Assembly: GCF_009914755.1 (NCBI RefSeq)
Contig: NC_060931.1
Source: the human T2T-CHM13v2.0 reference genome, Homo sapiens
Direction: 5' to 3' (one strand)
DNA length: 64,000 bases
A program made the translations under genes and the position numbers. The first letter of the stretch is position 1; each line of letters begins with the position of its first letter. Below are positions 46,001 to 59,249 of the stretch, piece by piece. Below the pieces are notes generated by a model that saw only the letters and a list, made by a program, of their open reading frames with translations, made no database searches and was not told the DNA's origin.

Positions 46001-47836
46001 GCTTCAGTCCTTCTGGCCAGGTTCTCGCAGCCTTCTCCTGCCCTCCGATGCTCATCTCTTGTACTTGCCTCTTTATCCTGTGAGCAGCTCTGAGCTCAAA
46101 TGGGTCCCCAATGGCAGAGAGCCACACTGCTCCTCTCTGAAGGGCGTAGGGCCTATTTTTAAATACCTGCGCTCCTTTCATTGTCTTGTCTTACAAATTC
46201 TAACTTGGCAGACTCTCTCTCCCCATCATCTCCAGTTCCCTTGAATCACTGTCCGTGTTTCCCTTCCGGTCACAACTGAGCTGAGGGCAGCCTTTCCTCC
46301 CATGCTTTCCCAACCTCTGAGTCTACAATGAGCAGCTGGGCAACATGGAGGCCATCTCTGGTGCTCTCCTCTGAATGCGATTCGGGTTTCAGCAGATGTC
46401 CAATAAACAAAGCTCTTGCTAAAAATGCAAATGCCTCTCCTAAGGATCATTGTCATTTTTAAACCACATAAATACTCAGATAATTATCTAAGTGGCCAAG
46501 TGTGTATGAGCCAGGCTCGCAGGGCAGAGAGGCATCGCCCTGGATCCTAAGCCCCCTTACAGCTTTCCAAACCAAACACTGACACACAGGAAAATCAGCA
46601 GGAACTTGGCATTCTGTTTCTGATAATTTGCAGCATTAGCCTATGCAAAGCCCGAGATAAAAGGTGCCTGTTTTACTTTGAATAGAAATCACACAAGATA
46701 TTTCCAATCAAGCACAACTCAGTGTTGTCTTTGCTTTTCTAATCTTCCTCCCCTCCTACCTACTCTCAAACAGGAACAACGAACGAACGCAATACAATCT
46801 TTAAAAGATAAATAGTAATATTTGGAAAACCACAGGAAAGGAGAGGGAGCAAATGTGCTGCTGGGGCTGTGGCTTCTGTGCATTGTGACTGCGGAGCTTC
46901 CACATGACAGGGTGTGGGATCCTCTCTATTTGGTAAAAAGAGATGTAAAAAATTTCAGGACAAATATTTTTTGTCCTGGGACTAGACTCTAAAAAACGTA
47001 TTAAATATGATCTTGCATGGGGACCACTGTGTGACATGCTAGAAAGTAATTAATACAAATGTTCTATGACAAATGCAGAAAGGACTCTCATTGGGCCAGC
47101 TTGGGTTGATGCTCATGAAAAGCCAGGGTGATTCCCCTGAATTGGGGGTTTGGATGAGGTCCATTTTGAGGGATAGTTTCATGCAAAAGCCTATTTTGTG
47201 GGACTGATCAAAGAGAGGCTCCTCTTGTGAAAGCAAAGGGTAGATGCCTATATTCTGCTCCCAACCTCCTCCTGAGAGCTTCCCCTCTGCCCAGAGACAG
47301 CATGATTGAAAACAGTGGCATTAAGGAAAACTTCACCAATGTGTGTCTGCACAATGCCAGCCCTATATGAAAAAAGGTCTTTTTGGTAAGTTAGTGATGA
47401 AAATACTTAATATCCTTTCTTAAAGACTCAAAATGCACACTAGCATACTAGAGTATCATAGCCATTGGTGATGATTAATTTTGTGTGTCAACTTGGTTAG
47501 GCTGCAGTACTCAGATATTTGTTCAAACATTATTCTAAATGTCCCTATGCGGGTATTTTTTAGATGACATTAACAGTTAAATCAGTAGACTTTGAGTAAA
47601 GAAGATTACTCGTCATAATGTGAGTCAGCCTTATCCAATCAGTTGAAGGCAAAAAAAGTAAGAAAGTCCCCCAAGGAAGAGTAAGTTCCATCTCCAGGTA
47701 GTCCGCAGATGTGAGCTGCAATGTCAGCTCCTTCCTAGGTCCCAAATCCGCTGGCCCACCCTGCAGATTTTGGGCTTGCCAGCCCCCACATTTGCATGAG
47801 CCAATTCCTTAAAATAAATCTCTCTCAATGTATGTA

Positions 47837-49378
<1,542 letters not shown>

Positions 49379-49380
<2 letters not shown>

Positions 49381-49733
49381 TCATGTACCAGATAGCGATA
49401 TTTTGGTCAACAATGGACCCCATATAGGATGGTGGTCCCATGAGATTATACTACTGTATTTTTACTGTACCTTTTTACTGTACCTTTTCTATGTTTAGAT
49501 ATGTTCAGCCACACAAATACTTACCACTGTGTGACAACTGCCTACAGGATTCAGTACAGTGACACGCTGTACAGGTTTGTAGTCTAGGAGCAATAGACCA
49601 TACCCTATAGCCAAGGTATGTAGGAGGCTGTATCATCTAGGATGCTGTAAGTGCACACTATGATGTTCACACAATTAAACAATTACCCAATGGTGCATTT
49701 CCCAAATGTATCCTTGTCATTATGAGACACATG

Positions 49734-49737
<4 letters not shown>
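49379..49737 (-). mobile_element. Tigger3a (MER7A-like), opposite orientation to the adjacent Tigger3b
   Basis: ggtggtcccatgagattata...gctgtacaggtttgtagtctaggagcaa...catgactg. Confidence 0.8.

Positions 49738-49769
<32 letters not shown>
49738..49769. repeat. (CA)16 microsatellite
   Basis: Read directly from the sequence. Confidence 0.95.
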
Positions 49770-49770
<1 letters not shown>

Positions 49771-50603
49771 TCTCTTGGTTCTGTTTCTCTGGAGGACCCT
49801 GACTACTACACCATTATTTATATCTTACTGTATTTTGGGAACATTTTATGGCATCTGTTGAGTTCTCCGTGCTCTTCTTCAGAGAGCATGGTTCCTATTC
49901 ACATAGGTTCATGCACTTCGGCCTCAGTTGGCCTGAATGTTTCACAGCAATCATACCCATCAGGAGCAAAAACATGGAGCAGGAAGTATGGTTTTTGTTT
50001 TATTTTGCTTTGTAATTTGGCATATCACAAATGTCCTTAACTGAAAAGCATACCCAAATGAAGAGGTGTGTCAAAGCCTTTAATTGCGATGCATGATAGT
50101 AATAAACTAGAGACTAATATAAGTTGTCCTCAGTGCCTCCTTCTGAGTGTACTTGCTTTAAAAAAATATATAACAAGCTTGGTAATCCTGTTTTCAATCT
50201 AAAAATGAAGGAGCAAAAAATATCAGCTTCACACTGATGACGGTGAAAAGTGGAAGCTGATAAACTGAAAGCCAAGGGTAAGACTTAATATCAGACAAAC
50301 GAGACACAGATGCTAACTACGGGGGTGGCATCGGAGGGTGGGGGCTTGGTGGGCATTCAGAGTGAGCCTCGTGGAGAGCAGAGGGACAGAGTTTCAGAAG
50401 GGTGATCCAAAGACCTCAAGCGAGGGCAAATTTTATAAGAAGTCAGAGAATGATGTGCGCACTTCAGAAACATTTCCATCAAAATGTTGAGAATCGAACC
50501 CCAGTTTGGGCTCCCCGCATCTGCAGGTCAGTCCCGGGAGTTGGGAAATCCACTCTTGGGCGACTCCCTGCCGATGAAGCTCCGGTCTGAGGTGGTGAAG
50601 CAC

Positions 50604-50613
50604 ATGACGTCAT
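50604..50613. promoter_or_regulatory. Full palindromic CRE motif ATGACGTCAT
   Basis: Exact CREB/ATF consensus within a CpG-retaining patch. Function untested. Confidence 0.4.
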
Positions 50614-50650
50614 AGGTATACTCACCTCTAATCTCTGTGCTTTGAAACAG

Positions 50651-50845
50651 GTTCTCTTCAGTGCCCTCACCGTAGCTCTGTCTGGAAAGTGTGATCAGGA
50701 AATCCTTCATCTCCTGCTGACATTTCCCAAAGGGGAAAAATCTTGGATCGCAGCGGAGGAACTCTGTAGCCTGCCAGGGTCAAAAGTGTATTCTCTGATT
50801 GTGTTGCTGAGTCGAAACTTGGATGTGCGAGCTTTCATTTACAAG
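50651..50845 (+). CDS. ABCA13: ABCA13 exon 24, 195 nt, phase 0 to 0
   Basis: tttgaaacAG|GTT acceptor and AAG|GTATGG donor. Encodes [19 protein letters not shown]...[11 protein letters not shown]. Confidence 0.93.
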
Positions 50846-51596
50846 GTATGGAGAGCATGCTGGCTGGGGGCAGTCCTCTGCAGGACTCTGCTGTGGTGGC
50901 TGCAGATAAGTACAGTAGTCCTAGGGGTGCGGCAGTGGGAGATCAGCACCTGGCCACTCTGCAGTGGTCTCCACCAGCCTCTGGTGTCACCTGTTTGCTG
51001 AATCCAAGGTGGGGCTCAAGAAGACTTTGTTGTAATAAAGGGATGTTCAGGAGACCCTTCAGGGGGTCCTTGGAAATAAGTGTCAGGGCATTGGGACAGA
51101 GTTGGTGGTGATCTCCATGCTCATTGTGGAAGGACCCACTGCAAAAACACAGCACCGCTTCCTAATGCCAGGTGTTCTCTCCTCTGTAAGGGCCACCTCC
51201 CTGGAGCATGTTTGAGGAGGCTGGGATTGTGCATGGTCCACTCCTGAGCGGCCCGAGTTAGGTGCTGCTCCCTGCACGGTGGCCCTATCTGTCAGCGGGA
51301 AGCATCCAGCTCTGCCAGGGCCTGCCCTGGAGAGAATGTGGAGGGGTGGGCAGCACAGGAAGCCCAATCCCCTGTGTGTGCCGGCTCTGACAAGCATGAT
51401 CCTCTGACAAGCAGCAGTGTGAGGGCAGGGAGGGACTGGAGGAAGCTAAAGATGATGAAGTCTGCAGGAGAGAGTGGAGAGTGGGAAGTGAGGAGGAGCT
51501 GGGGCAAGCCCAGGCCCAGCACTTTCCGGACGGGCCCAGAACCCATGTAGGGGCAACCTAGCTCCAAACCACAGCTCACTGCTCTCAAGCTGCCCC

Positions 51597-51720
51597 TTCC
51601 AGAAGCTTCTCCTCCTTCTGGCCTCTACTGTTTGAATCTTTACTTAAGTTTCCAGAAGCTTCCCCTCCTTCTGGCCTCTACTGTTTGAATCTTTACTTAA
51701 GTTTCCAGAAGCTTCCCCTC
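51597..51720. repeat. 53-bp tandem repeat, 2.3 copies, each starting with the HSE TTCCAGAAGCTTC
   Basis: Units start at 51597, 51650 and 51703 (partial). The two full units differ by one base. Confidence 0.95.
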
Positions 51721-53229
51721 TTACCCTTAGGCACTGATCTTGCTCCAAGTACCATTGTTTTCCCTTTAGGGAAGTATTTCACAACCTCTGGGTTCATTAG
51801 AGAGGCTGCAGGGTTTGTACTATGGTAAGGTGGCTGTAGGCACCCTGAGTTTGGGTGAACAGTTTTATAGTCAGCAAAGGGTAGATTTGCCATTTCAGCC
51901 ACGCATGATTTCCTTAGTTTCTATTACTTCAAGAGTCCAGGGAGTAAATGTTGGAATGAACACACACACACCCACACACACACACTCCAAGAACAAATAT
52001 TTGTTTTCAGAATGATTACATTTTAAACCCATAAGGAGGAGAATAAACATTTCTTGCATCCCCATAATTTGCAAACCCACCTCTATCTTGGTGGAATTCG
52101 TATTTTTCGCTAACATGCTTATGGTTTAGCTCTGCATTTGCTCACCACAGCCTCTCTTCCAACTTTACAGTTTGCCTTTTGGGAAACAGAGCTCCCATTG
52201 GCACGATGCTACTTTAGTGGCCACTTTGTTATGTGCACAAAGGTCCCCGATTTGAAGTAAGTGCTTGTAGAGGCCCACATAATTACTGTGACAAGGGCCA
52301 TCATCTGTACCAAGATTTCTTTGAAGGATAAGATAGTGGGTTGGATTCAGTCTCCCAGACACAATGAAAATGACATCATCATTAATAACAACAGCTCTTA
52401 TTTATCAGGTACCTTCTATATGAAGGGCTCTATGAAAGTTGATTAAATACAAGATATGGCTCAGGATGTTAGGGCAGCCCGACCTCCATGTGAGGGCCAC
52501 GTGCAGGTGCAGCTCATTCCCAAGTCCATGTACTTTCTGATTCACTCAGCTGACAATGAATTTCTGAAGCCTTCAGCAAAGCACAGTTTGCTATATTAAT
52601 TCGGCACATCAATCTGGTCTCTTGGAGCTGCGCTGGATCCCTGTCACTCCCCACCATAAGTCAGGGGCCAGTCACTGTGTGCCACTTTTTTTTAAAGGGC
52701 AGCTGCAATTAGAAAGATGAGTAGAAGAAGTGACAAAAGCTACACACCATTTCTCCTGCTAGAGTTGTCTCTATAGTATGAATGGACAGAATTCTGTCAT
52801 TATAAGCAGAGTGCCTCTGTGAAGGATGGAGCTGTGATCCCGGAGCCCTGAAAGTCATCTGCAGAGCTAACAGCTAAAACACTAATGAGCAAAAATAAGA
52901 AGCAGTGACAACTGGGTTCCTCTGCCCCAGCCTGGAAAACAGAAAATTCAATATCCAAATGACAGACAGTGGAAATTAGCTGTGATTTTCCCTGCTCTGT
53001 GCGAAGAGCTGGCATTTCCTCATTTATCCATTCATCCAACAAATATTTATTGAGCAACTAATATTTCCTGTTGCTATTTTATGCCCAGTAGCTACATGAA
53101 AGATCAAGACAGAAGAAAAGCCTTGCCTCCAGTGTAGAACTGAGAATATGAAAAAAAAAAATCATGTAAAATACAGAGCATTTCAGTTGGTGATAGCATA
53201 AGTAAGCTTCAGAGGGCACTGACATTTTT

Positions 53230-53420
53230 AAAGAATCCAGGTTAAATTCACATCCCTGAACCTTTCTAACTGTTAGACTTCAGGAAGACTTTTAATCTCC
53301 TCAAGCCCCAGTTTTCTCATCCACAAAACGAACAGTATAATGCACATCCCCAAGGTATTAGGAGGATTGAGATGATGTGTGAATGCTATGAATACTGTAA
53401 AGCAGTAGATAAATGTAAAT
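53230..53420 (+). mobile_element. MIR, with an antisense L2 end at about 53020-53200
   Basis: ctcaagccccagttttctcatccacaaaa...gaggattgagatga. Confidence 0.65.
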
Positions 53421-53770
53421 TGCTTCACATATAAGGACTGCTCATATTTTGAGCCTCTTCTCAAATTTCCACCTTGGTCACCTCAAAGATACAAAGAAAT
53501 ATTTGGCAAATGATTTGAATTTTAATGATAGATCACATTTGTTTCTGGTTTACATTTTAACAATGCTAGTGCAATTCAGTGTGCTCCAAAACACATGAGC
53601 TATATATACTCTAATGAAGATAACTTTCATATAGTACCGCAAAGGCGTCTCTGAAGTTCAAGAGAGAATAAAATCAGATAAACAAGTTTTCACAGCTCAA
53701 AAGATGCTTCTGAGTGTAAAAATACAGTGTTGGTTATTTCATGTTGTTTTGTTTTTGTTTTGTCCTTTAG

Positions 53771-53935
53771 ACTCTGATGCCTTCTGAAGCAAATGGCTTG
53801 CTCAACTCCTTGCTGGATATAGTTTCCAGCCTCAGCGCCTTGCTTGCCAAAGCCCAGCACGTCTTTGAGTATCTTCCTGAGTTTCTTCACACATTTAAAA
53901 TCACTGCCTTGCTAGAAACCCTGGACTTTCAACAG
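53771..53935 (+). CDS. ABCA13: ABCA13 exon 25, 165 nt, phase 0 to 0
   Basis: ttgtcctttAG|ACT acceptor and CAG|GTGTGT donor. Encodes [21 protein letters not shown]...LETLDFQQ. Confidence 0.93.
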
Positions 53936-54673
53936 GTGTGTGTTTCATCTTTGTCCCTAGGGAAATATTCAAATTTGCCCCTTCTTTGTATTTGCCCCTT
54001 TTTGCCTTTATCTTCCCACATCTAAAATTTGCATTAGACAGCAAAATACAGGAATGAAAGTACCTTTTCATATCTCTGGAAGCAACAGCATAACATAGAA
54101 TAAGGCCTGGCATCTCTCTAAAAACTGCATGAAACTGATATTGTTGATCTACATTCCACCAGTGTGGAGATTGGGATAGTACATGCATTATCTATAAAGT
54201 AAGAAATTACTAACTCAGTTATTGCACAGATGAGATTTCAAGGGCCTGTTTAACTTAATTCAGAGAGCAAATTGCTTTCAAAAACCTTAAAACATATATT
54301 TACTTATAAATAATTGGCTTACAAGTTACAGATCATTTACTGCAAATGCAAACACAAACTTGATTTAGTTTAGTGACTTGATGTTAGGTTTTGTTTGAAC
54401 TCTTTTTGCCTGGGATGGAACTGACTGGGCACGAATGAGGAGGAGTGTGGAAATTTTAGGGTTGGACGTGTAGGATGAGGAGCAAGATAACAATGTTCTC
54501 AGAACTGCCTTGGAGACAGAATGTAAGTCCATCATGTGATAGATAATTTGTATAGCTATAAAATATCTGGATATCTTGGTAGCATAGACATACATTAAGA
54601 CTAGTAATTAGTCTGAATTAGTGATATTTTATGGATTAATAATTTATTACTGGACAAATAGTGTAAGGACTTA

Positions 54674-54710
54674 TGTGTGTGTGTGTATGTGTGTGTGTGT
54701 GTGTGTGTGT
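54674..54710. repeat. Interrupted (TG)18 microsatellite
   Basis: Read directly from the sequence. Confidence 0.95.
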
Positions 54711-54935
54711 AGGTATGACATTTCCCTCTTCTACCAGGTATGTTGGCCAGAAAAGTTACCGTAGTGTTTCAAATGGTATCCCAAGGACAGAAAACTCTAA
54801 AGCAGACATTCCATTCTTTTGACTTGTTGAATATCTTGTACATTCAGTGGAGGAAGGAACTAGACTTTCAGAAGTGTGTGAAGGAATTGTTTTAAGTCAC
54901 TATGTAATTGCAATTTAGTTTTCTTATTTTCTCAG

Positions 54936-55113
54936 GTTTCACAAAATGTCCAGGCCAGAAGTTCAGCTTTTGGTTCTTTCCAGTTTGTGATGAAGATGGT
55001 TTGCAAGGACCAAGCATCATTCCTTAGCGATTCTAATATGTTTATTAATTTGCCCAGAGTTAAGGAACTCTTGGAAGATGACAAAGAAAAATTCAACATT
55101 CCTGAAGATTCAA
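54936..55113 (+). CDS. ABCA13: ABCA13 exon 26, 178 nt, phase 0 to 1
   Basis: ttttctcAG|GTT acceptor and CAA|GTAAGA donor. Encodes [26 protein letters not shown]...KFNIPEDS. Confidence 0.93.
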
Positions 55114-55519
55114 GTAAGACAGTAGTAATATATATATATGTGTTTAGATTCGTTTGTATCTTGATAATTGGCCTTAAATTATAGTAAGTATTCTGTCTGT
55201 GTATAAGGTTGCTATATACTGGCATAGAATCTTCTGCTTCCACCTCCCCAAATGCTGGCATGGCAGCTGACTTTGAACGGTTCTAGTGCCTTTGAGCACA
55301 GACAAATCCTCTCACCTGAGTCACTAAGGAACTGTGTCACCAAGGAAATGTCTAAAACACCTGAAACCCCAGCCCCATTGGTTTCCCAGGCTAACCAGTA
55401 TTGGTGAGGGTCCAGGCATAAAGACCATGAGCACTGCTTTGGTCCATGCAAATGGCTATATTATAATAACGAAGAGAACTTGTCTGTGGCCACCTCCAAA
55501 TTTGCTCTCTATGAAGCTC

Positions 55520-55652
55520 AGGTACAAGTGAATATGCATGATAGGTACAAACGAATATGTCACGATGGGTACAAATGAATATGCCACGATAGGTACAAAT
55601 GAATATGTCACGATAGGTACAAATGAATATGTCATGATAGGTACAAATGAAT
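55520..55652. repeat. 24-bp minisatellite, about 5.5 copies (AGGTACAAATGAATATGTCACGAT)
   Basis: Read directly; explains the repetitive minus-strand ORF (YSFVPIVT)n. Confidence 0.95.
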
Positions 55653-55919
55653 GCAAATTAATACATAATTTTTTGGCCCCAATTTAAGTGAAGATGTTTT
55701 TATTAGAAAGGCAGAATAAACATGCTGGTGAGGTTTTGGAGTTTAGACGGTTCAGCTCCATCAGTTGTGCATTTTTGGACACATTGTTTTATGTGTCTGC
55801 ATCATGTTGGTTTCATTTATAACGTAGAAACAGTAGCACCTGGCTCATAAGCTTATTGTGAGATGCAATGGATATGAGGAGTGTTGGTGCCTTAGCATAA
55901 GGGTATAAATGTATCCTAG

Positions 55920-56016
55920 TGTATTCGTTTTCTATGCTGCATGACAATCATTGCACACTTAATGGCATAAGAAAACACACATTTGTCATCTCATAATTTC
56001 TGTAGGTCACATGTCG
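55920..56016 (-). mobile_element. MLT1 (MaLR) LTR fragment, preceded by a MIR remnant at about 55730-55915
   Basis: tgtattcgttttctatgctgc...cacacatttgtcatctcataatttctgtaggtca. Confidence 0.65.
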
Positions 56017-56127
56017 GGATTTCTGAGTTAACATTTTTAGTTTTGTACATATCGTGACTATACTTTTTTCTGCAATAAAATTGCTCCTGTTCATATTAAG
56101 CTTGCAATGTAAAGAGTAGGTCATTAA

Positions 56128-56481
<354 letters not shown>

Positions 56482-57279
56482 TATGTAGTCATATTCTTCA
56501 TTTATACTTTGGGGAAAGTATTTCTATCAACTTTATTGTCAAATAATTTTTTTCCTTTCAAATGGGAAGTTTGGGAAGATGAAAGTAACATTTAAAACAA
56601 CCACAACAATCATACCTTGAGTATTTATAAATCATAGTATCAAATCTAAGATAATATTTTCATTTTATTCTTATAAAGCTAAAATAATATTTTCATTTTA
56701 AATGTTCTCTTGATGAGTAAAGAAATAGTTATACTGAAGTATTCCTCACTAGCTTAAAACCTTATAAGATTTAGTTCCTACTCATTATGGTGATGAAATC
56801 TCTACCCTCATCAGGTGACCATTGATTTAGACAATTTAGTTAAGTAAATCTTTAATTGAAATCAACTAGCATCACAAGACTCATGAGAGCCACCAAGAGG
56901 GATTAAGTACTTGCGTGAAAATAAGGCAATTTAATATGTCAAAATTCGTAAGTTTGATGGTTCTGCACGGGCTCATTAAAGACAGTTCAGTAGTAACTTG
57001 TAAAGCTAACTTCATAAAAAAAGCTCAGTTCCGGTCTCAATATTGTGACTGTTGAAATGAGAATTTTCTTGATGAAAAACCAGATTTATTTTTTGAATTG
57101 TCATTTTCATTTTCAAGTGTCCATGTCATTATTTAATACTCTTTTTGATTACTTAGTTTGAAAATGTAAGTCATTCTTTCCTGCCTTTGAAGTCACTTAA
57201 GTGAACATAGCATGAAGTTTCTTATGAGTTGAGAGCTGCTGAAAACTATAACAGGGAAAAAAAATCTTATTTTACTTCC

Positions 57280-57720
57280 TGTCTTGGTTTATTTGGTGTT
57301 GCTATAAAGGAATATCAGACACTGGGTAATTTGTAAAGAAAGAGGTTTGTTTGGCTCACAGTTCTGCAGACTATACAAGAAGCATGGCACCAGCATCTGC
57401 TTCTGGTGAGGCCTCAGGCTGTTTCCACTCATGGCAGAAATTGAAGGGGAGATGCCATGTGCAGAGATCACAGGACAAGAGAGGAAGCAAGAGGGGGGAG
57501 GAGGGAGATGCCAGGCTGTTTTATTTACTTATTTTTAAACAAGCAGCTCTCTTGGGAACTAATAGAGTGAGAACTACACTCATTACTGTGACAATGGCAC
57601 CGAAACATTCATGAGGGATCTGCCCCCAAGATCTAAAGACTTCTTGTTAGGCTCCACCTCCAACACTGGGGATCAAATTTCAACTTGAGGTTTGGGAGGA
57701 CAGATATTCAAACTATAGCA
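57280..57720 (-). mobile_element. MSTB-like (ERVL-MaLR) solo LTR
   Basis: TG...CA ends; gctataaaggaata...ggctcacagttctgcag...catgagggatctgcccc; 5-bp flanks cttcc/ctccc. Confidence 0.88.
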
Positions 57721-57860
57721 CTCCCAAAGTTCAGAGTGGTGTCAGAAAAAAATATGGCTGTCATTGAAAATGAGGCATCCTGGATATGTGAATGAATTTC
57801 CCTATTAACCTAGGCATCGTGTATCATTAGCAACTTTTTTTTTCTTTCTAATTGCAACAG

Positions 57861-58000
57861 CACCGTTTTGCTTGAAGCTTTATCAGGAAATTCTACAATT
57901 GCCAAATGGTGCTTTGGTGTGGACCTTCCTAAAACCCATATTGCATGGAAAAATACTATACACACCAAACACTCCAGAAATTAACAAGGTCATTCAAAAG
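57861..58000 (+). CDS. ABCA13: ABCA13 exon 27, 140 nt, phase 1 to 0
   Basis: gcaacAG|CA acceptor and AAG|GTAAGT donor. Encodes [47 protein letters not shown], matching the ABCA ECD1 motif (ABCA1: TPYC...W..LKPLL.GKILYTP.TP). Confidence 0.95.
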
Positions 58001-59045
58001 GTAAGTTAAAATAAATGAGAATCATATAGACCATACATACACTAAATCAGGAAGGAATCTTTAAAAATGTCTGACATAATTATTATGCGCCTTGGATTAT
58101 GTAGAAGGCTCTTGTTTTGAATCTACTTCATTTTAGCCTGAGTGTTTTTCCTGTCATTGTTATTGTTAAATCTGGATTTGCTGACTCCTTCCCTTAGAGG
58201 ACACTTTGGGGGTTGGGGTTGTTATTTAGAATAATTAATGCAGTGAACTTACAGAACTCTAATATGAAAAGTCAAGGACAGTGAGACAGAGAGGAGGACT
58301 GTTTGGAGTAATTCCAGGAAAACTTCGAGAACAAATGCTAATCTGTTTTGCTTGGTGCATCCAACAATTACGAAAGAATCAGACATGATACATACAAACT
58401 GATGTATTAGCAGTTAGTTAGTATTTTGGTTAGTGATGTTTCTGAATTCACTGTAAGGCTTTGCTTCACCCTGTGGAGAATAAGGTGAGATGAAGACACC
58501 AAAGCAGGGTGTATCCAGGAGGAATTGAGACACTATGTGGCTCTGCTTATTTTCCTTTCCTTACATTGTTTAACCTCTCTAATCTATTTACTGCAGGATT
58601 TGTTATTATTAATATTTGCACTTTCTTTTTAAATAATTGTGTTGTATTTTCCTGGAGTCTTTTCTTGCCTACTAGGGGGCCTGTAAGCCTACAGGCACCT
58701 GGAAAGGGGACATTTTACCAAGGACACAGGAATAATTTGGTCTTATTGTCAAACACAGAAGAGAAGATACCTGCACTATTCATGATAAGCTTCCAAGCCT
58801 CAAATAGCATTAAAAATTTGGAAACTGTGATCATATGGCATGGGATCATATGAGCAGTTAAGTCATTTTTGATCAAACTTGCCTTCATGAGTTTCATGCT
58901 TCTGACCCATGGTTGCTGTGTGAGGTCACAGCACTGTTTCCTGTAAGTTCCCTTTCCCACTTTGCCACCTACCTCAGGGGCTGCATTTACCTCTGCCTAC
59001 TCTGAATGGTATTTAAACTTTAAAACATTTATATAATTTATTTAA

Positions 59046-59249
59046 TTTTTGTTTTGTTTTGTTTTTTGGAGAGACAGACTCTGGCTCTGTCACCCAGGCT
59101 GGAGTGCAGTGGTGCAATCATAGCTCACTGCTTGGCTGAAGCAGTTCTCCTGCCTCAGTCTCCCGAAGTGCTGAGATTACAGGTGTGTGCCCCCACGCCC
59201 TGCTAACTTTTTAGTTTTTTTTTTTTTTTGTAGAGGCATAGTCTTGTCT
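59046..59249 (-). mobile_element. Truncated AluJ with an internal deletion
   Basis: caatcatagctcactgc is a J diagnostic; most of the left monomer is absent. Confidence 0.85.

Noticed and set aside
51597-55652. 53-bp and 24-bp repeats as CRISPR-like arrays
   Set aside because: Head-to-tail units with no unique spacers, in a mammalian intron; ordinary tandem repeats.
57615-57660. DUX4 site in the MSTB LTR
   Set aside because: The corresponding position is degenerate (aagatctaaagac).
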